DNA of 64,000 nucleotides. Origin: Narcine bancroftii (taxonomy: Eukaryota). Made by a program: the position numbers and the translations under genes. The stretch is taken from the NCBI RefSeq assembly GCF_036971445.1, contig NC_091477.1, positions 11,966,001 to 12,030,000 on the forward strand. The letters run 5' to 3'. Shown one piece after another: positions 61,885 to 64,000 of this stretch. Position 1 is the first letter of the stretch. Each line of letters opens with the position of its first letter. Under the pieces are notes generated by a model. It was not told the origin of the DNA. It worked only from the letters and a program-made list of their open reading frames with translations, and did no database searches.

Positions 61885-62290
61885 TGTGATGGGCCCAGCG
61901 GACCCCAAAACCCAGTAGCGATAGAAATTCACCAAGACCACTGGTTGCTTAAAAAAAGTTACTTTTAATTTTCTTTAAACATAAAAACAGGATCAAACTT
62001 TAATATTACTATTAATTTGTTCCTCTTCTAATTCTAAGCGCACATGTATGTAATATGTTTATAAGTTCAGAAAAATTATTTGATTCACAGTCCAATCACA
62101 CTTTTCACTCCTCCAAGTTCACCGATATCAGGCAATTCTTGTACTGTGCACAGAATTTAACATTTATGAATCTTCACCAGGCTTTGGTGCTTGAAAGGTA
62201 AATGGTTACCATTCAGGAAGGTTTTTGTTGGTTTTCAGAGAGATTTGTTGCTCGCTAGACACATGCAACTGATTCCTTGTAACCAGCCAT
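61885..62290 (-). mobile_element. LTR fragment related to 42870-44016
   Basis: Starts TGTGATG on plus; resembles the reverse complement of the 3' part of the 43-44 kb LTR. Confidence 0.45.
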
Positions 62291-62689
62291 TACCATAAGG
62301 GGGTGGGAGGGCATGGTGTTTTAATGGAAATCGGATAAATCAATGTTAATGCCATCTAGTTGGAGGGTGCCCAGATGGAAGGCAAGGTGTTGTTCCTCTA
62401 GTTTGCAGGTAGTCTCAGTCTGGCAGTGCATGATACCATGGACAGACATGTCAGCAAGGGAATAGAATGGGGAATTGAAATGGGTGGTTACTGGATTCCA
62501 CGAGACCGGCTGAGTTCCTTCAGCACTTCTGTGTGTTTTTACTACAATTATAGCATCTGCAGACTTTCATGTTCCACTCCTACAGTCAGGCTCCAGATCC
62601 TTGGAATTGTATTGACTTTGCATTCAGTCCTTGACTGAACAGTCGAACGATGGGAGAATTAAGTTCTGTGGTGATTCCTCTCCTTCCTC

Positions 62690-63180
62690 ATCTCCATAAC
62701 TAGATCCAGGTTCACTGGAAGTGCAGGAATTGTGCAGCGGAGTACCACTGAAGAGCTCTGGAGCTGAGGAACACACAGGCAATGGGCTGTTGGTGACTTG
62801 AGTTATGGAACTCGCACAGGCTGTGGGCTGCTGGAGACTGTGGTCGAAGGATTCACACCAGGCAGCAGACTGCTGGGGACTGGTTCGAGACTGGGACGCG
62901 AGAGGATGCTGAAGGGTTCCTAATCATTTTGGACATTTGGATTGCCAATAGTTTGGACTGGAGTCTTTGTGGCTGCAGAGGCTGCAGGAGCGCTGGACGT
63001 GAATCCACGGACACTCGGTGACTTTGGAGGGACTCTCTTTTGCTTCTCCTTTTCTGACTATAAGAGGTGCCCAGCAATTCCTGCTGACGGTGAATCTGTA
63101 TGCCTTACAGCAGACTAAAGGAAATTTCATGTAATATTACATTATTTTTTATTGCATGACAATAAAGGAATCTTGAATTT
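62690..63180 (+). mobile_element. Non-autonomous retroelement, relative of 28095-29240
   Basis: GGGCTGCTGGAGACTG motifs and AAATTTCATGTAATATTACA..TGACAATAAAGGAATCTTGAAT tail. Confidence 0.65.
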
Positions 63181-63817
63181 TTGAACTAATCATTACATTT
63201 TCTACATTGCAACACCAGTACTTCTCCAAAGCACCTTTAGGACTTTAGGTCAAGCATTTGGCATATCCTAAGATCAAGAAAGACATTGCAGAAAATCTTT
63301 AATGAGGAACAGTTCATTGGGTGACATATCAAATGGTTTTCTTATCGATGGGATACTTATTGGATTCAACATTTATTGCCGGTTCCTAATTGCCCCAGAA
63401 ATGATGGTTGTGAGACCATTTCAACTGCATTACTCTGGAATCGTATATAAGACATACCAAGTAAGCTTTAGGGCAGTTGAGTTTTTATGATTATGCAGTT
63501 GATGTATGGCCACCATTTGTGTCATAGCATTTTATTTCGTGTTCATTTATTAACTTGAGGAACTGGAATTTGGATATCCCTGTTGCTGTGAGGGTATTCA
63601 AACTCGTTGACAGATCAATGGTTCAGGCTCTTAATGACTTAACCATTAGGGTTCTGCAACCTTCTGAGGCAGGTATCCCAGAATGAGACAAATGAAGATC
63701 AAAAATTCGAGAAGGAAATAATGCGAGGCGCTTTTACATAGCCTGAATTATTCATCAGTCAGGAGAAAACAGAATGCTGCATAAAGCTTTAAACGATATT
63801 TCAGGTGTAACACTACT

Positions 63818-63975
63818 TCTTTGGCTTGGCTTCGCGGACGAAGATTTATGGAGGGGTAAATGTCCATGTCGGCTGCAGGCTCGTTTGTGGCTGACAAGTC
63901 CGATGTGGGACAGGCAGACACGGTTGCAGTGGTTGCAAGGGAAAATTGGTTGGTTGGGGTTGGGTGTTGGGTTTT
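63818..63975 (-). mobile_element. RTE 3' fragment
   Basis: Reverse complement of ~4650-4810; 6-bp TSD ACTACT at 63812-63817 and 63976-63981. Confidence 0.9.
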
Positions 63976-64000
63976 ACTACTATGCAAATTGAAAAACTCT

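Overview
Vertebrate genomic DNA, most likely from a cartilaginous fish. That assignment is inferred from the V-SINE, Deu-SINE, CR1, Rex1 and Penelope repeat mix and from the protein sequence. The only host gene I can support is the 5' end of the glycine receptor alpha-1 subunit (GLRA1) on the minus strand: coding exon 1 (17696-17751) and exon 2 (15788-15918). It has an RE1/NRSE site about 240 nt upstream of the ATG and a CpG-rich promoter region. Bases 1-15787 are intron 2 (exon 3 not seen) and about 19-64 kb is upstream intergenic DNA. Two tandem arrays flank the promoter: a ~59-bp minisatellite and a ~950-bp G-quadruplex/i-motif VNTR. The rest is dense, often nested transposable elements: L1/Tx1, young RTE, CR1, Rex1-like, Penelope, solo LTRs, hAT, Harbinger, Tigger-like and Chapaev3-like. 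The most unusual observations are two SINEs sharing one body but carrying different Pol III heads (5S rRNA vs tRNA-Thr), a composite double-MITE present twice with 8-bp TSDs, a twin-primed 5'-inverted RTE insertion, hAT elements with cargo-like interiors, and three short local duplications about 1 kb apart. TE family names and many TE boundaries come from motif recognition by eye and are approximate unless a TSD/TIR is quoted.
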